DNA from: Isurus oxyrinchus
Lineage: Eukaryota
Assembly: GCA_026770705.1 (NCBI GenBank)
Contig: JANJGN010000019.1
Coordinates: 18,786,001-18,850,000 of the forward strand
Reading direction: 5' to 3'
DNA: 64,000 bases
Each line of letters begins with the position of its first letter. Within the stretch, counting starts at the first letter, position 1. Of this stretch, positions 14,476 through 28,850 are shown piece by piece. A program made the translations under genes and the position numbers. The notes beneath the pieces were generated by a model. It had not been told where the DNA came from. It was given only the letters and a program-made list of their open reading frames with translations, and searched no databases.

Positions 14476-14782
14476 TACAAGTGGGGACATTTTTGCTTCC
14501 ATGAGTGGGTAGAGTAGGCTTGGTTCCAATAAGGAAGGGAGCTGAAAATGGTCTGTACCATTTAATGATGAGGTGAACCTCTCTTTCCAGCTTCTCATGG
14601 ATTTATGTTGGACATTGTGAACAACATAGAAGAATGCCAGCAAGCAACAAGAAGTAACGCTTTGCATTAACTCAGATACTTGGTACACACTTGGCTTATT
14701 GGACTGGAACGTCCAATGATTTCTAAAGTCAGTTCAGGGGTCTCCCAGTCTGTGTTTTATCACTTAGGGGGAATGATTCTAC

Positions 14783-14899
14783 CTTGACATGACCTTCCAT
14801 CGGTGTTCAGCAAAAATCCAGCATTACACTGGCAGGAGTAGGAGCCAGCGATGTTAGCACACAGCTGCTGACAATATCCATGCCGACATTCATCGATGT
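14783..14899 (-). CDS. fbln5: Fibulin-5 cbEGF exon (human exon 6 equivalent)
   Basis: ctcatcag|AC ATC GAT GAA...CAA G|gtagaa; 117 nt. DIDECRHGYCQQLCANIAGSYSCQCNAGFLLNTDGRSCQ. Confidence 0.97.
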
Positions 14900-15689
14900 C
14901 TGATGAGGAAATAGAGAGTAGTTTAAGCTTAATATTTTCATGCTCAGAGCAAGAGATATTCATGTAACATTTCACCATTTCATTTACTCTTTATCTTCAG
15001 GGATAAACTTAAGTTAAAAGCTTACTCTTGTGTTATGGCACAGATAATGATATTTTAGGTCATCTGATAGTCATAAACGCAGGAGACTTTTTTTATTTCA
15101 ACGTTTGATCCTTCTCATTCCAATTAACTGAACACGTGCATTGAAAACTAATTTGCTCACTTCAAGGTCGGGAAATGAGCATAAGAATACCTCGAATCCC
15201 TGAGTGCCCACTCTCTGGCAGGGATTTTTCTGATCCTGCCCATGGTGGGACCCGCCACGCAACGGAGGGAAAATTTGGCGAACCAGCAAAAAGGTCCGTT
15301 GATTTTTGACAGGAATTTCCAGGCCTCTATCTTGAACCTGGACAACACCTGAGCTTTTGCAGCCTCTTGGGTAGAGAATTCCAAAGATTCACAGCCCCCT
15401 GAATGAAAAAATCTCTCCCCACCTCAGTCCTGTATGTCCGACCTTGACCCTGAGATTGTGATCCTCAGTTCTAAATTCTCCAGCCAGGAAAAGGAGCAGC
15501 CTCTCAGCATCTAATTGCAAATCCTCTAAGAAATTCGTTCAATGAACGACTTCTCATTCTTCCAAACTCCAGTGAATATAGGCCCCATCCACTCAATCTC
15601 TCCTCCTAGGTCAATCCTGTCATTGCAATGAGTGAGGTCCAAATTACACTGGTTCAGGTCAAACAAAACCAATGCATTGCTTTGTATAG

Positions 15690-16285
15690 CTCGGCCACAA
15701 TCTTCCATTCTGCTCGCCGACGCATAAAATAATATGCAATGACATCAGGCATGTGTCCCGAGGTCAGTGCATGTCATTCTGATCTTCAGTTCAGTGGGCA
15801 CGCACCCGAGTCAGCTGCACACCCGCCGAACTGTCAAAGTCCTGTTAAGGCTGTTAATAACCCAATTAAACTGATTGCCTGGGCTGCCTGTCCAACCTTA
15901 AGGGTGGGATGAGGTTTCATGAAGGGTTTATAAATTTTAAAAATTTTTATTAAAATACATAAACATGTTCCAGCTCATGTGACACTGTCACATGAGGGGA
16001 CATGGGACATGCCTGAGTAATTATTTTTCTTTTTTGCAAAGTTTCATTCTTAAATTAATCTCCCTGAGGCAGCTCCATGCCTCACGGAGAGGCCCCTTAT
16101 CTTCCTCCTCCCCCCGCCCGCACAGGTAGTGCTGAGCGCTTCCGGGTGTGTGACACGCTGGATGGGCCTTAATTGGCTCGCCCACGCAAAATGACAGCGC
16201 GCAGCCAATCGCGGGCGGCGATCGGCTCTGTGCCCACCAGCGCCCGCTCCCGAACCACCCGCTTGACGGGGAGAAAATTCTCCCC
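15690..16285. mobile_element. Harbinger-type MITE, same family as 59165-59862
   Basis: Shared blocks cagctcatgtgacactgtcacatgaggggacatg, aatctccctgaggcagctc and acgctggatgggccttaattg. Right end gaaaattctcccc. It lies within a degenerate minus-strand CR1 tail. Confidence 0.75.
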
Positions 16286-17449
16286 CTGGAATATCTATGG
16301 GATTTCTCCAATGGGAGACCTGCACCTTCCCTGAAGAAAACGGTGCGAGGAGATAAAAATGGCTGTCAAGTTGGAGGGAAATTAGGAATAATCTATAAAA
16401 TTGCTTATTCCAAAGCTTTATTGTTAGCTGTCCTACTTATAATTTGTTACTGATGAACAGAGATAGATAAGAGCAAGGAAAGTGCCAGAGCTGACTCAGG
16501 CAACTCTTTGGTCTGATGGGACGCAGATGTGTGACCACAATGACTCCTGGCAGGAATGATTTCCTCTTTACAATCATTGAAAGCAAAATTGGGAAGATTT
16601 CCTTTCATCAGTACCGTGAGGAATATTGTGAGCCTGCTTCTGAATGTACTTATTATTTCACCAGGGAAAATCATTGGTTTGTCATGTTGCTGCATAGCAA
16701 CTGGAGGGTATTATCCATGCCCATCTCAGCCATGCTGATCCAGGGCAGGGACTGAGCACATGGTAGGCAGGTCCTCATGGGGAGGCAAGACTGAGGTGGG
16801 GAGAGATTTCTTCATTCAAAGGGCTGTGAATATTGGGAATTCTCTGCTCAAGAGACTGTGAATGCTCAATCATTGCGTATATTCAAGGCGGAGAGTGAGA
16901 AATATTTGCCCTAAGATTAATTGAGAGGCCAGGATGGCGCGGGTATTGCTCAATAGCTTGCGATGAACCCACCATGATCCAAGGCTTGGAGGCCCTGCCA
17001 ATCATAATGGCATCACTTTGTTTAAATAAAAGAATGCAGAGTCCTGCATCAAACCCGGATACACTGACTGACAGATCTGTGAGTGGGAGTGGGAGTGGGA
17101 ACTTGTGGCAGGAGGGTTGTAGCAATGATTCCTGGCAGTTATTTGGACGGCGGGGTGGGAGTTGGTGGAGTGTGAGTGGAGAGGGGCTGGTGGGGTCCAG
17201 CTGCAATTGGGGGTTCCGATCAGAGTTGGGGCTTCTAGCCTTGATAGGTTGGGTAATCTAGGCAGGATTAGTGTTTGGGAGGGATGTGAGGGTACAGGGG
17301 GAGATCAGGGTAGTCTGGGATGGATAGGTGGGGTCTGGGCATAATCGCCATATAAAGTAGGATTGGGAGGGGGGTGCTGGGGAGTCTGGCCATGATTGAG
17401 GCAGGGTGACCAAGTGGGATCGGTAGTTCTAGGACGGGATGTAGTCTTA

Positions 17450-18288
17450 GACTACAGGACGGTATAGACAGGCTGGTCAGATGGGCAGGACAGTGGCAAA
17501 TGGAATTTAATCCTGAAAAGTGTGAGGTGATGCATTTTGGGAGGACTAACAAGACAAGGGAGTAAATGATGAATGGTAGGACCCTAGGAAGGATCAGAGG
17601 GAACTTGGTGTGCATGTCCGTAGATCTTTGAATGCAGCAGATCAGTTAGATAAGGTGTTAAGAAGGCATACAGGATACTTGCCTTTATCAGTTGAGGCAC
17701 TGAATACAAGAGCAGGGAGGTTATGATGGAGCTGTATAAAACATTAGTTAGGCCACATCAGGAGTACTGTGTGCAGTTTACACTATAGGAAGGATGTGAT
17801 TGCACTGGAGAAGGTGCAGAGGAGATTCATCAGGATGTTGCCTAGGCTGGAGCATTTCAGCTATGAAGAGAGATTAGAAAGGCTGGCGTTGTTTGCCTTA
17901 AAGCAGAGAAGGCTGAACGGGGACCAGATTGAAGTGTACAAAATTATGAGGAGCATAGATAGGAAGAAACTTTTCCCCTTAGTGGAGGGCTCAATAATAG
18001 ATTTAAGGTAAGGAGCAGGAGGCTTAGAGGGGATTTGAAGAAATATTTTTTCACCCAGAGGGTGTGGGGGTGGTATCTGGAACTCACTGCCTGAAAGGAT
18101 GTAGAGGCGGGAACCTTCACAACATTTAAGAAGTATTTAGATGAATACTTGAAATGCAATAGCATACAAGGCTACGGGCCAAGTGTTGGAAAATAGGATT
18201 AGAGTAGACAGGGACTTGATGACCAGTGTGGACGCAATGGGTCAAAGGGCCTCTTTCTATGCTGTAAAACTCTATGACTCTATGACTC
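17450..18288 (+). mobile_element. CR1 LINE 3' fragment
   Basis: WQMEFNPEKCEVMHFG and YRKDVIALEKVQRRFIRMLP motifs; ends in the tandem tail ctctatgactctatgact. Confidence 0.9.
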
Positions 18289-18484
18289 AGTTGTGTTGCA
18301 GGTTCAGACTCTTGCTGTTTGCTACCTCACTCACCCGATGACTCTTCACACACGAGCTCCAACAGCAGAAGACTTGAGTGTGGAAGCTGCAACAATTTGA
18401 GGCCTAATCTATTTTCTGCTCAATTTTTCCTGCAGAGATAGCATCATGAGTAGGAATCCTGGGCGATTTATTTTATTTCCTTCA

Positions 18485-18763
<279 letters not shown>

Positions 18764-18892
18764 TCAAATAGCATCACCCTGTGTGGGACAGATTCTCTTT
18801 TTACTTACACATTATGCCGGCTGCAGATCCCCAAATGAAAAGCTTGACTGTTTCCCCTGTTCATCTTACAGGCAGACAATAGGACAAAGGTA

Positions 18893-19250
18893 GACTTGTA
18901 TTCAGATAGCATCTTCCACAATCTCAGAATTTTCAAAAGCACTATACTGTCAATGAACCACTTTTGAAGTGTAGTCACTCTAGTGCTTTAGGAACCCCAC
19001 AGCCAATTTGCACACAACCAACTCCCACAAATAGCAGTGTGATGATGGCCAGATTACCTCCTTCAGTGATGTTGGTTGAGGGGTAAATGTTGACCGGGAC
19101 AACAGCCTCACTCTTCTAATCAATAGAGTCACTCAATCTTTTATGCCCACCTCAGAGGAAAGGCATGGCCTCAGTTTACCATCTAATCTGAAAGATGGCA
19201 CCACCTCATTGCTGAACTGGAGGGGATGTTTGTGTTCAAGTCTCTGGAGT
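18893..19250 (-). mobile_element. Deu-domain SINE copy
   Basis: cttttgaagtgtagtcact...cagccaatttgcacaca...cccacaaatagca block, as in 14052-14475. Confidence 0.7.
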
Positions 19251-21569
19251 GGGACTGACAATGTGGGAAAGGCGCACTTGTGTTTTTCAGTGGGCAAGGG
19301 GAGTTTAGCCCAGTCCATAGTGATCAGATTTGGTTCCATCAGTCACTCATTGATAGAAATTTAAGCATGGCTGTTTGAGTTTCAATGACTGAAAACAATG
19401 CATTGGATTTTATGGGCCACTGCTGGGAGTTCCACCAGGCAGCAACAGCAGCAGCATTGATGGGGGAGGCCCCAGAATTCAGGTGAGTGTGGTCAGGCTT
19501 GCTGGGGTCAGTTAGGCAGGTTTTGGTGAGGGGATTAATGGGGAAGGGGTGTTGATGTGTCCAAGGGGCCCATTTAAGTGCCTCAGTTGGCCTCAGGGCA
19601 GGAGGACCATTCACCACCTTCGCTGCCGCTGGGAAAATGCTCCCCCCCACATGCCCTTCCCCCCACCTCCAGGCCTCCCACCCAATTTTCACCCCCTAGC
19701 TCCCTGCAAATTCCCTGATTGTTTCAATCCTCAGTTCTACCAAGAACTAACGAGTGCTTTGTCACAGATCCCTCCCTGGATCAATTTCCTTCAGCAGGTC
19801 AGGGTTCTCCTGGGCCCTCAGTAGCTTTGAGCTAGTTCTGCTGAAGCAGTATCAAAATTGTAAAAGGTGAAACTCCTGGTGCAGCCCATGTTTGCCCCAG
19901 GAGCAAACTGGTATATTAACTCTTATGATAGCTTTTAATGATGGCTCAAAGGCAATTGAGGGTAAGTGTCCTGCTTTTGCATTCTCAAAGAGCAAAGCAT
20001 CAGATGCTGGTAAAACCTATAACAAGGACTTGCATTTATATAGCGCCTTTAACATCCAAACAGGCTTCATGGAAGTGATTATCAAACAGAATTTGGGATA
20101 CAGGCCACATAGAATCATGTACCCATGATATGAACTGCCCAATATGCTAAAAGCACAAAATTATACCTTTGGTTCTTTCAACTCTGTATTGGTCCCCTAA
20201 TATAACATGCTGATCTCTGATTTAACAAAAAAAAAATCATTACTTATACACGTTCGACTGAAATTTCACCCATCTTAATAGCATTTAAATCCCATTAGTA
20301 GAGGGGCCCAAAAGTAGAGACGGAGGATCTGGGAGCTGTGTGCTCAGTCAGGACCCCTGGGAAAAGAAAGGTTTGACCACCAACTAAGGGGGTGAACTGA
20401 ACTGGTGATAAATTGCTGATGAAAATGGCTGTATGATTATCAAGGCAGCACCTCCAGAACAAATATTACCAAATGGATCTCTCTGGGGAGAAACTCTCCC
20501 AATGAATTCCTTGCCAGCATCTGCAGAGGCCCAGATATTTCTACAAAAATATCACACAGACCAAATGGAAGGATTCCATTGCGGTAATTATATTATTATA
20601 TTCCTGCAGTTCTGGTTATTTCTGGTTCACTTGTCGGACAATAATAACCCATTCCTGCTCTATATCGCTGATCACAATTCCCAGGTGGTTATTTATCTGA
20701 CATTACAATTAAGGGTAGAATTTATTATAACAATCCTTAGGGGGAGTTTCGCCATCAGTACATAGAGCTACAAAGCACTCTCACAAAGCATGGCAATTTT
20801 CATACAGTTCTCAGCACAATGGAGGCCATTCACCCATTTAGTCCTAATCAGGATATTAACGTTTTAGTCCTTTGTGCTGTTTAGTTCTGTATATTTATAA
20901 CTCCTGCTTCCTTGAACAAATCTCGTTATGGGGATTCTCTTGATAAGGAAAGCATATTTCATGCTCTCAGGACGTTCTAAGACAGCAGGTTGGTACAAAA
21001 GGTACTTTATCTTAATTGTTCTAATTAAGTCGACCTGAATGATGTTGTGGAGCCAAATAGCAAAGTCAAATCAAGTGTATGATTTTCAACTCATACAGGT
21101 GTAGTTGGCAAGGCCAAAGTTTATTGCCCATCCCTAGCTGTCCTTGAGAAGGTGATGGTGAACCTCATTGAACTACTGCTGAATGGGTGGTGAATTTACT
21201 CTCAGTGTTGTTAGGGAGAGAGTTACAGGATTTTGATCAATCTGAGGATGTAACTATGATATTTGAACCATTACTTAATGTGACCTTGACAAAAATATCT
21301 TATCAACAGGGAGATGTGGAGCTGTTCTTTTTCATTTTCTGACAGGTGTGGGAGCAACAGACATAGATAGAGTCTGACATCACCCAATGTAACGTGTATC
21401 CATATCTTAGATTTCCAAACTTAATTTTGCAACAAAATACTTAGTAAACCCATGCAGATTGTAAGGGAACCAAATACTATTAATTAAATTAAGGGACACC
21501 AATATCAGCTCATGACGAGGTGTGAAATGAGAAGGCACTTGCTAAGGTATTTCATAGATATTGTTAGTT

Positions 21570-22330
21570 ACAGTTGAAGCTCATGGATAACTGAGTGATT
21601 GAAGACAGAGAGCGGGCATAATAGGCAGGTATTCTGGCAAGTTGTAGCTAGTGGCATTCCATAGGGATCTTTTATCTCAACTATTTACTATGTTTATTAG
21701 CAACTCAGGTGATAGAATAGAAAGCCACATATTCAAGTTTAACCAATGATAGGCTGCATCATATGCAGTGTAGGTCAAAGCATAACATGGCAAAGAGATA
21801 CTAAGAGATTAAGAGAATGAGCAAAACTTTGGCAAATGGATTTCAATACAGGTGTGGTCATCCACTTTGGACTTGAAAAGGATAGATCAGAGTACTTTCT
21901 ACTTAAAAACAGCAGCTCATATCTATATAGCACCTTTAATGTAATGAACTATCCCAAAATGCTTCACAGGAGCATCATAAAGCAAAATATGTCACTAAGC
22001 CACTTAAGGAGATATTTGGTCAGATGACCAAAAGCTTGGACAAAGAGGTAGTTTTAAGGAATGTCTTATCTGAGGGAAGTGAGTTAGAGAGGCAGAGAGG
22101 TGTAGGGAGGCAATTCCAGAACTTGGGCCTAGGCAACTGAAGGCACGGTCACCAATGGGGGAGCAATTAAAATTAGAACTGCACAAGAGGCCAAAATTAG
22201 AGGATCTCAGATATCTCAGATGGTTGTGGGGCTGGACAAGAGTAGGGAGCAGCATGAATGAGAAATTTTACATCAAGATATTAAATAGTGAGAAGTTGGA
22301 AACAGTGGAGGCCCACAGAGACTTAGTAGT
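21570..22330. mobile_element. Old plus-strand CR1 fragment interrupted by a minus-strand L2-like 3' fragment (about 21905-22260)
   Basis: WQMDFN...VIHFG remnants on the plus strand; LRSS...IGDRAFS motif on the minus strand. Confidence 0.6.
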
Positions 22331-23199
22331 CCATGTCTTTCTCTCCCCTCCCTTGTTACCACCAGATTTAATGGCCTTGCCATCATTGGCCATATGTCCC
22401 AGGATAGCATCAAATACACAGAGTTGAGTAGAAAAACAGCAAAGTAGAAAGAAGATTGTGCAACTTGAAATGCGAGGCGCGAGCCAGCGAGAGTTAGTGT
22501 GTTTAAACGTAACCCTATATTTCAGCCAGAGAGATTAAGAACAACAGATTCATGTGGCCTCTGAGTGCAAAAGATATTCCTTTTTTGGACTTGTTCACAA
22601 AATAATTTGCATTGTTTCTGGAAGATATAAAAAAAGGGCATTGTTACAGAATGAAATCATTAGTACGGTCAGTGGAATTCATCAAGATAAAGATGAAAAT
22701 AATAGAAGGCACCAAGTGCCTATGTAGGTCAATCCCAAAGCACAGTGTAGATTGTTACATTTGCACATAAAAGCCTATTTTACAATCACCCTGGCCCAGC
22801 AATGGCTGTTAGCCAGTGTTAACAGAGGCCACCTGTTTCCAGTTAAAGTCTCACACTTCAGAGAATTTGGCTTCAACAATCTCGACATCTGTTCCAAATG
22901 TGAACTCTTCCTCTGGGGCCCACAAAAATAATTCAACACTTAACTTTAATGGGCCTCTTCAGTTCCATCGCCCGCAGAAAAGCAGTCCTGTTTACGTCAC
23001 AGAATGGCGGTTTACTTATTCTAGCACCTAAAGTGGCCAGGCGACTGGACATTTCAAAATGGCAGATGTTCTCAGATGTGTCCTTCTACCTTGGGCCTTA
23101 GGCATGGGACTTGATTCTTAGACAGACTGTAGATGTTCTCTGGTATCTGCTTAACACTTGTTTATTAGCACTACGTCTTACAGGTTACAGAGTAGGTAC

Positions 23200-23767
23200 T
23201 AAAATAAAAGCAAAATACTGCAGATACTGGAGACCTGAAATAAAAACAGAAAATGCTGAAAAAACTCAGCAGGCCTGGCAGCATCTATGGAGAGGGGAAC
23301 AGAGTTAACGTTTCAAGCCCAATATGACTCTTCCTTGGAACCAGATAGAGGTAGAAATATGAAGAGTTTTATGCCGTTGAATAAAGGGGTGGAGCAGGTG
23401 GAGCAGAATAGACGATCAGGAGTAGGTTGGAGGACAGAAGAGTTTAAATGACAAAGATGTCATGGAACAAATGACAAAGGAAGTGATAATGATAGTATTA
23501 AAGACTAAAGCTTTGATTCAGAATAGGTATTAACAGCAGAAAAAGGGCCAGTACTGTCTGAAAGCAAAACGTGAGAACAAGATACAGACTGGCGCTAGGG
23601 AGAAAAGGATCGAAATGGAGGACAGAGTTCATGGTCTGAAGTTGTTAAAGTCAATGTTGAGTCCAGAAGGCTGTGAAGTGCTTAACTGGAAGCGAAGGTG
23701 CTGTTCCTCCAGCTTGTGTTGGGCTTCACTGGAACATTGTAGCAGGCCGAGGACAGAAACGTGAGCC
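23200..23767 (-). mobile_element. Penelope-like element 3' end (older subfamily) with degenerate hammerhead at about 23301-23341
   Basis: Minus strand encodes a GIY-YIG C-terminus (GLLQCSSEAQHKLEEQHL...QPSGLNIDFNNFR), followed by ...gaagagtc-atatt-gggcttgaaacgttaactc. Confidence 0.8.
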
Positions 23768-24136
23768 ATTGTTTGTGTGTTGGTGCTTGAGTGCTTACTT
23801 CAGAATCCAGGGAAACAGGATCGAAGGAAACAAGATTGAAACCCTGTGAGGTGGCCAATTGTTGATGCTGTCCGAGTTGGAGAAACTTTTGGAGAGAATG
23901 CCAGGTTAGATCTTCGAAAGTGAAGACTGGAATCCCTCCTGAGAGAGGCAGAGTTTCATGAGATTGGCTAACTCACAGTGTTACTGACACCTGGGTGGGT
24001 TGTTGAGAAATCCGTGGGCACTGTCTTGGTCGCATTTGCCAATAATTGTGTAGTGTGATGTGTTCGACCACCGTTTGCTTGTTAATTCACATGTACCTCA
24101 TATTTATCCTGAATGAGTATAAGTTTATTTTTATAT

Positions 24137-24769
24137 AAAAACAAAAAACTGCGGATGCTGGAAATCCAAAACAAAAACAGAATTACCTGGAAAAACTCAG
24201 CAGGTCTGGCAGCATCGGTGGAGAAGAAAAAAGTTGACGTTTCGAGTCCTCATGACCCTTCAACAGAACTGAGTGAAATTAGGAGAGGGGTGAAATATAA
24301 GCTGGTTTAAGGTTGTTGGGGGGGGGTTGAGGAGAGAGAAGTGGGGTGGGGGGGGGATGTGGTTGTAGGGACAAGCAAGCAGTCATAGGAGCAGATAATC
24401 AAAAGATGTCACAGACAAAAGAACAAAGAGGTGTTGAAGGTGGTGATATTATCTAAACGAATGTGCTAATTAAGAATGGATGGCAGGACACACAAGGTAC
24501 AGCTCTAGTGGGGGTGGGGTGGAATAAGACTAACCGAGCATAAAAGGTATAGATTTAAAAATGATGGAAATAGGTGGAAAAGAAAAATCTATATAAATTA
24601 TTGGAAAAAACAAAAGGGAGGGGGAAGAAACGGAAAGGGGGTGGGGATGGAGGAGGGAGCTCAAGATCTAAAGTTGTTGAATTCAATATTCAGTGTGGAA
24701 GGCTGTAAAGTGCCTAGTCGGAAGATGAGGTGCTGTTCCTCCAGTTTGCGTTGGGCTTCACTGGAACAT
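24137..24769 (-). mobile_element. Penelope-like element 3' end / pseudo-LTR (young subfamily)
   Basis: CSSEAQRKLEEQHLIFRLGTLQPSTLNIEFNNFRS* at 24661-24768. The tail is near-identical to the copies at 35.5 kb and 45-46 kb. Confidence 0.88.
24232..24270 (-). ncRNA. Minimal type-I hammerhead ribozyme-like motif (core CUGUUGA)
   Basis: AGUU CUGUUGA A GGGUC AUGAG GACUC GAAA C GUC AACU. Confidence 0.6.
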
Positions 24770-26760
24770 CTCCCCCAAATAAGTAAAGTTGCCTGAGGGG
24801 CCTTGAGAGGGTGGATGTGGAGGAGATGTTTCCTCTTGTGGGAGAATCTAGAACTAGAGGTCAAGGTTTAAAAATAAGGTTGCTCATTTAAGACAGAGAT
24901 GAGGAGAAACATTCTGTCAAAGGGTCGTGAGTCTTTGGAACTCTCTTCCTCAAAAGGCAGTGGAAGCTGGGTCTTTGAGCATTTTTAAGGCAGAGTTAGA
25001 TAGATTTTTGATAAACAAGGGGGTGAAAGGTTATCAGGAGTAATTACAATCAGATCAGCCATGATCTTATTGAATGGCAGAGCAGGCTTGAGGGAACCAA
25101 GTGGCCTACTCCTGCTCCTAGTTAGTATGTTCATAGGAAAATCTGTCACTAGAAGAGTTCAAAATTGATAAGGAGGAAGTATTGGATAACCTATCGGTAC
25201 TTAATGTTGACAAGGTACCGGGACCGGGTGAGATGCATCCAAGAGTATTGAAGGAAGTGGGCGGAAGTTGCAGGAGCACTGGCCATAATCTTTCAGTCTT
25301 CCCTGGACTCAGGGAAGGTGCCAGAGGACTGGCGAATTACAGGCATTGTGCCCTTGTTCAAAAAAGGTTGTAATGATATGCCCACCAATTACAGACCAGT
25401 CAGTTTTACTTGGCTGGTGGGGAAGATTCTACGAACAATTATTTGGGATAGAAATAATAGTCACATGAAAAATGTGGGTTGATTAGGGAGAACCAGCATG
25501 GATTTCCTAAGGGAAAATCATGTTAAATTAACTTGCTGGAGTTTTTTGAAGACATAACAGACAGGGTTGATGAGGGTAATGCTGTTGATGTGGTGTACAT
25601 GGACTTCCAAAAGACATTTGATGCAGTGCTGCATGGCAGACTTGTGAGAAAAGTTATAGCTCATGGAATAAAAGGGGCAGTAGTAACATGGATAAAAAAT
25701 TGGCTGAGGAATAGGAAACAGATTGCAATGATTAATGGATATTTTTCGGTTGGAGGAAGGTTTGTAGTGGAGTTCCCCACGGATTGGTATTGGGACCCTT
25801 GCTTTTCCTAATATATATTAATGATCTAGATCTTGCTGTGAAGGGGACAATTTCAAAGTTTGTGGATGATATAAAACTTGGAAGCATTATAACCTGTGAG
25901 GAGGACAGTGTAGAACTTCAAAAGGACATGGACAAGTAGGTGGAGTGGGCAGGTAGGTGGCAAATGAAGTTCAATACGGAGAAGTGTGATGTGATCCATT
26001 TTGATAGGAAGAACATAGAAGAATATAAAATAAGGGGTAGGGTACAACTTTAAAGGGTGCACAGAAGCAGAGGGATCTGGATGTATATGTGTACAAATCA
26101 TTAAAGGTGGCAGGGAAGGTGGAGAGAACAGTTCAAAAAGCATGCAGTATCCTAGGCTTTATTAATAGTAGCATGGAGTGCAAGAGCAAGGAGGTTATGA
26201 TGAACTTGTTGGACCTCAGCTAGAATATTGTGCATAGCTCTGGGTGTCATTATTTAGGAACACATTGGAGAGAGTACAGAGGAGGTTTACAAGAATGGTT
26301 CCAGGGATGAGAAACATCAGTTATGAAGACAGATTGGACAACCTGGAGCTGTTCTCCTTGGAGAGGAGAAATTAAGAGGAGACTTGATTGAAGTGTTCAA
26401 AATCATGAGGGGACTGGACAGAGCAGACAGAGAGAAACTGTTCCTGCTTGTATAAAGATTGAGAACGAGAGCTCACAGATATAAATTGATTTGCAAAAGA
26501 AGCAAATGTGATGTGAGAAAAATCTCTATTCACACAGCAAGTGGTTTGGTTCTGGAATGTACTGTCTGGAAATGTGATGGAGGCAGGTTCAATCAAAGCA
26601 TTCAAGAGGGCATTTGATGATTATTTGAATAGATACAATGTGCAGGGTATGAGGGCAAGGCAGGAAAATGGCGCTAAGTCATAATGCTCATTCAGAGAGC
26701 CGGTGCAGACACACTGGGCTGAATGGCTTCCTTCTGCATGGTAATAATTCTGTGATTCTG
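24770..26760 (+). mobile_element. Two CR1 LINE pieces: a 3' tail (about 24770-25133) and a longer RT fragment (about 25140-26760)
   Basis: DKVPGPGEMHPRVLKE and LLEFFEDITDRVDEGNAVDVVYMDFQK motifs; ends attctgtgattctgtg. Confidence 0.9.
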
Positions 26761-28044
26761 TGTTTTTCCCTTTTCCTTGAACAATTTCACTAATTAGTTA
26801 TTAAAATATTGAAGATGGGAAAGCAAAAGCTGTTTCACTAACAGTCAATCCAATTGGGTGGGAAATAGCCCATTTGCTTTCCAATTTACAGTGGGAAGAC
26901 AGTGTTTCTGGAGAATGGATCGATGGCAAGAGTGTAAGGTTGGGGCAAATGAGGCAGGTGCTCATGTGATGACACCTCCAGGAATGTACCCTTCTAGAGT
27001 TGGCAACCCTACCTCTCATTCAAAGAATCTCGATTTTGTCGCTCTCAGTTAGTGGGTTGGAACAAAGAACTTGTACACTATAAGAGAAGCCATTTTGCTT
27101 TGAATCAGCAATTGATTTTCTATTGAAATGAAATACATGGAATATTAAGAGGTGTGTTCTTACACAATCTTTCTATTCTAAAACAGCTTTGTGCACATCT
27201 AGTTCCACCTGAGAAACATGTGACTTTCAGCTCAGGCTGCACTTGGAGCATTACTGCTCATGAACTAACACGAGGAACAGTTAGGTAGAGTTCCTACTCC
27301 TTATTGCTACACACTGACCTACTGCCTGTGATGTCTTCTTGCAATCTCTCACTGTCTGTGTTCTCCTGTGAGGAACGCCAATGTTATATTGTTATATTAT
27401 TCGTAAAGAAATAGGAACTAATTGTTTTGGGAATGTACATTCAAGGTGCTGCGTTTTACTGCTGCACTGGAGTCGAGTAACAGTGTATCAGCCTTTCAGT
27501 TCACCAGCCACATGGAGAGCAGAAGGAAATATGCTCAAAGAAGCTCCAGCAATTTGAATCATAAGTGTGATTATTTCTAACTTATGGAACCAGTAAAGAC
27601 AAAACAGCCAACATCCTAATGCAGGAAGAATCGATGCCTTTCAAATAGGCAGTAAATGGTGGGGAGGCAAGAAGGAAAAACACTTGACACCACATGAATT
27701 ATGCTGTAAAAGTCTCGTTGACTCACTGAGTATGATGAAAGCTACCCTTCCCTCTCCCTCACTAACTGACACAGTGCCCTTTGAACAAAGTAATCTCTAT
27801 TACTTCTAGTGTAATGCTTGGAGCAGTGAACTCCAAAAGCTCAAGAGCGCCACTAGCAGGTGTCCAGTGATACCAGCTGCCAGCCAGGTGTGAATTTATG
27901 CAATAATGCTTTAAAAACTTAAAAACTAAAGGGCACAAAAGGGAAAGACCTCTGAAATATTCTGAAGGAATCTACGCAGAACTTACTTCCCGCCCTGGTA
28001 TGTTCAGTGGGGAAAAGATGTGCAGCAAATAATGTGATCTCTGC

Positions 28045-28850
28045 AGTCAAGCACAGGAGACACAACACCTGCCCTTTATACCTCCTCCCTTCCCACCCCG
28101 TCCAGGGTCCCAAACATGCCTTCCACATGAAATAGCGATTTGCTTGTACTTCTTTCACTTCAGTATGCTGCTGCTCATGAAGTGGTCTCCTCGACACTGG
28201 GGAGACCAAACACAAACCGGGGGATCACTTGGCAGAAAAGCTCCATTTCGTCCACAAGCGTGATCTCGCGTTTCCAGTTGTCTGATGATTTTAATCATCC
28301 ACCTCACTCCCACCCTGAGCCCAGTTTTCTAAGCTGCTTCGCTGAAACTTTACATGAGCTCGAGGAACAGCATTTCATCTTTTGATTCTTAAGAAGAGTT
28401 ATACGGACTTGGAATGTTAGCTCTGTTTCTCTCTCCACAGATACTGTCAGACTCGCTGAATTTTTGCAGCATTTTCTGTTTTATTTTAGCTTTGCAGTAT
28501 CCACAGTGTTTTGCTTTTATGCTTTCATCTTTTTATTAGCCATTTTACAATCTTCCAGAATCAACATTAATTTCAACAATTTCAGATCGCTGGCCCCATG
28601 TTTTCAGACAGCAGCTGTCAGTAATGATCCTGCCAGTCGCATTTACCCCTCCTCTAGACCCATCTTTTGTTTCTTTGCTTGTCCCATTGTCACCCGCTTT
28701 TGCCTTGCCCCATCGCCTTTGTCATTTAATATCACGGGCCTTCCACCCTATCACAGACCTTCCCTTTAGTTCTTCCTGCCCCCACCCTCTCCTCACTCAC
28801 TCCACTTTTCCTGCCTCAGTATTTGCTTAAAACCCGCTGCATCGCTAACG
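28045..28850 (+). mobile_element. Degenerate Penelope-like GIY-YIG fragment with an inserted hammerhead-tail mini-unit (28388-28522)
   Basis: Remnants QGPKHAFHMK.RFACTS, GLLDTGETK, ELEEQHFIF and INFNNFRS. Confidence 0.75.

Noticed and set aside
23770-24135. Possible LTR fragment between two Penelope pieces
   Set aside because: No TG...CA termini or TSD could be defined.
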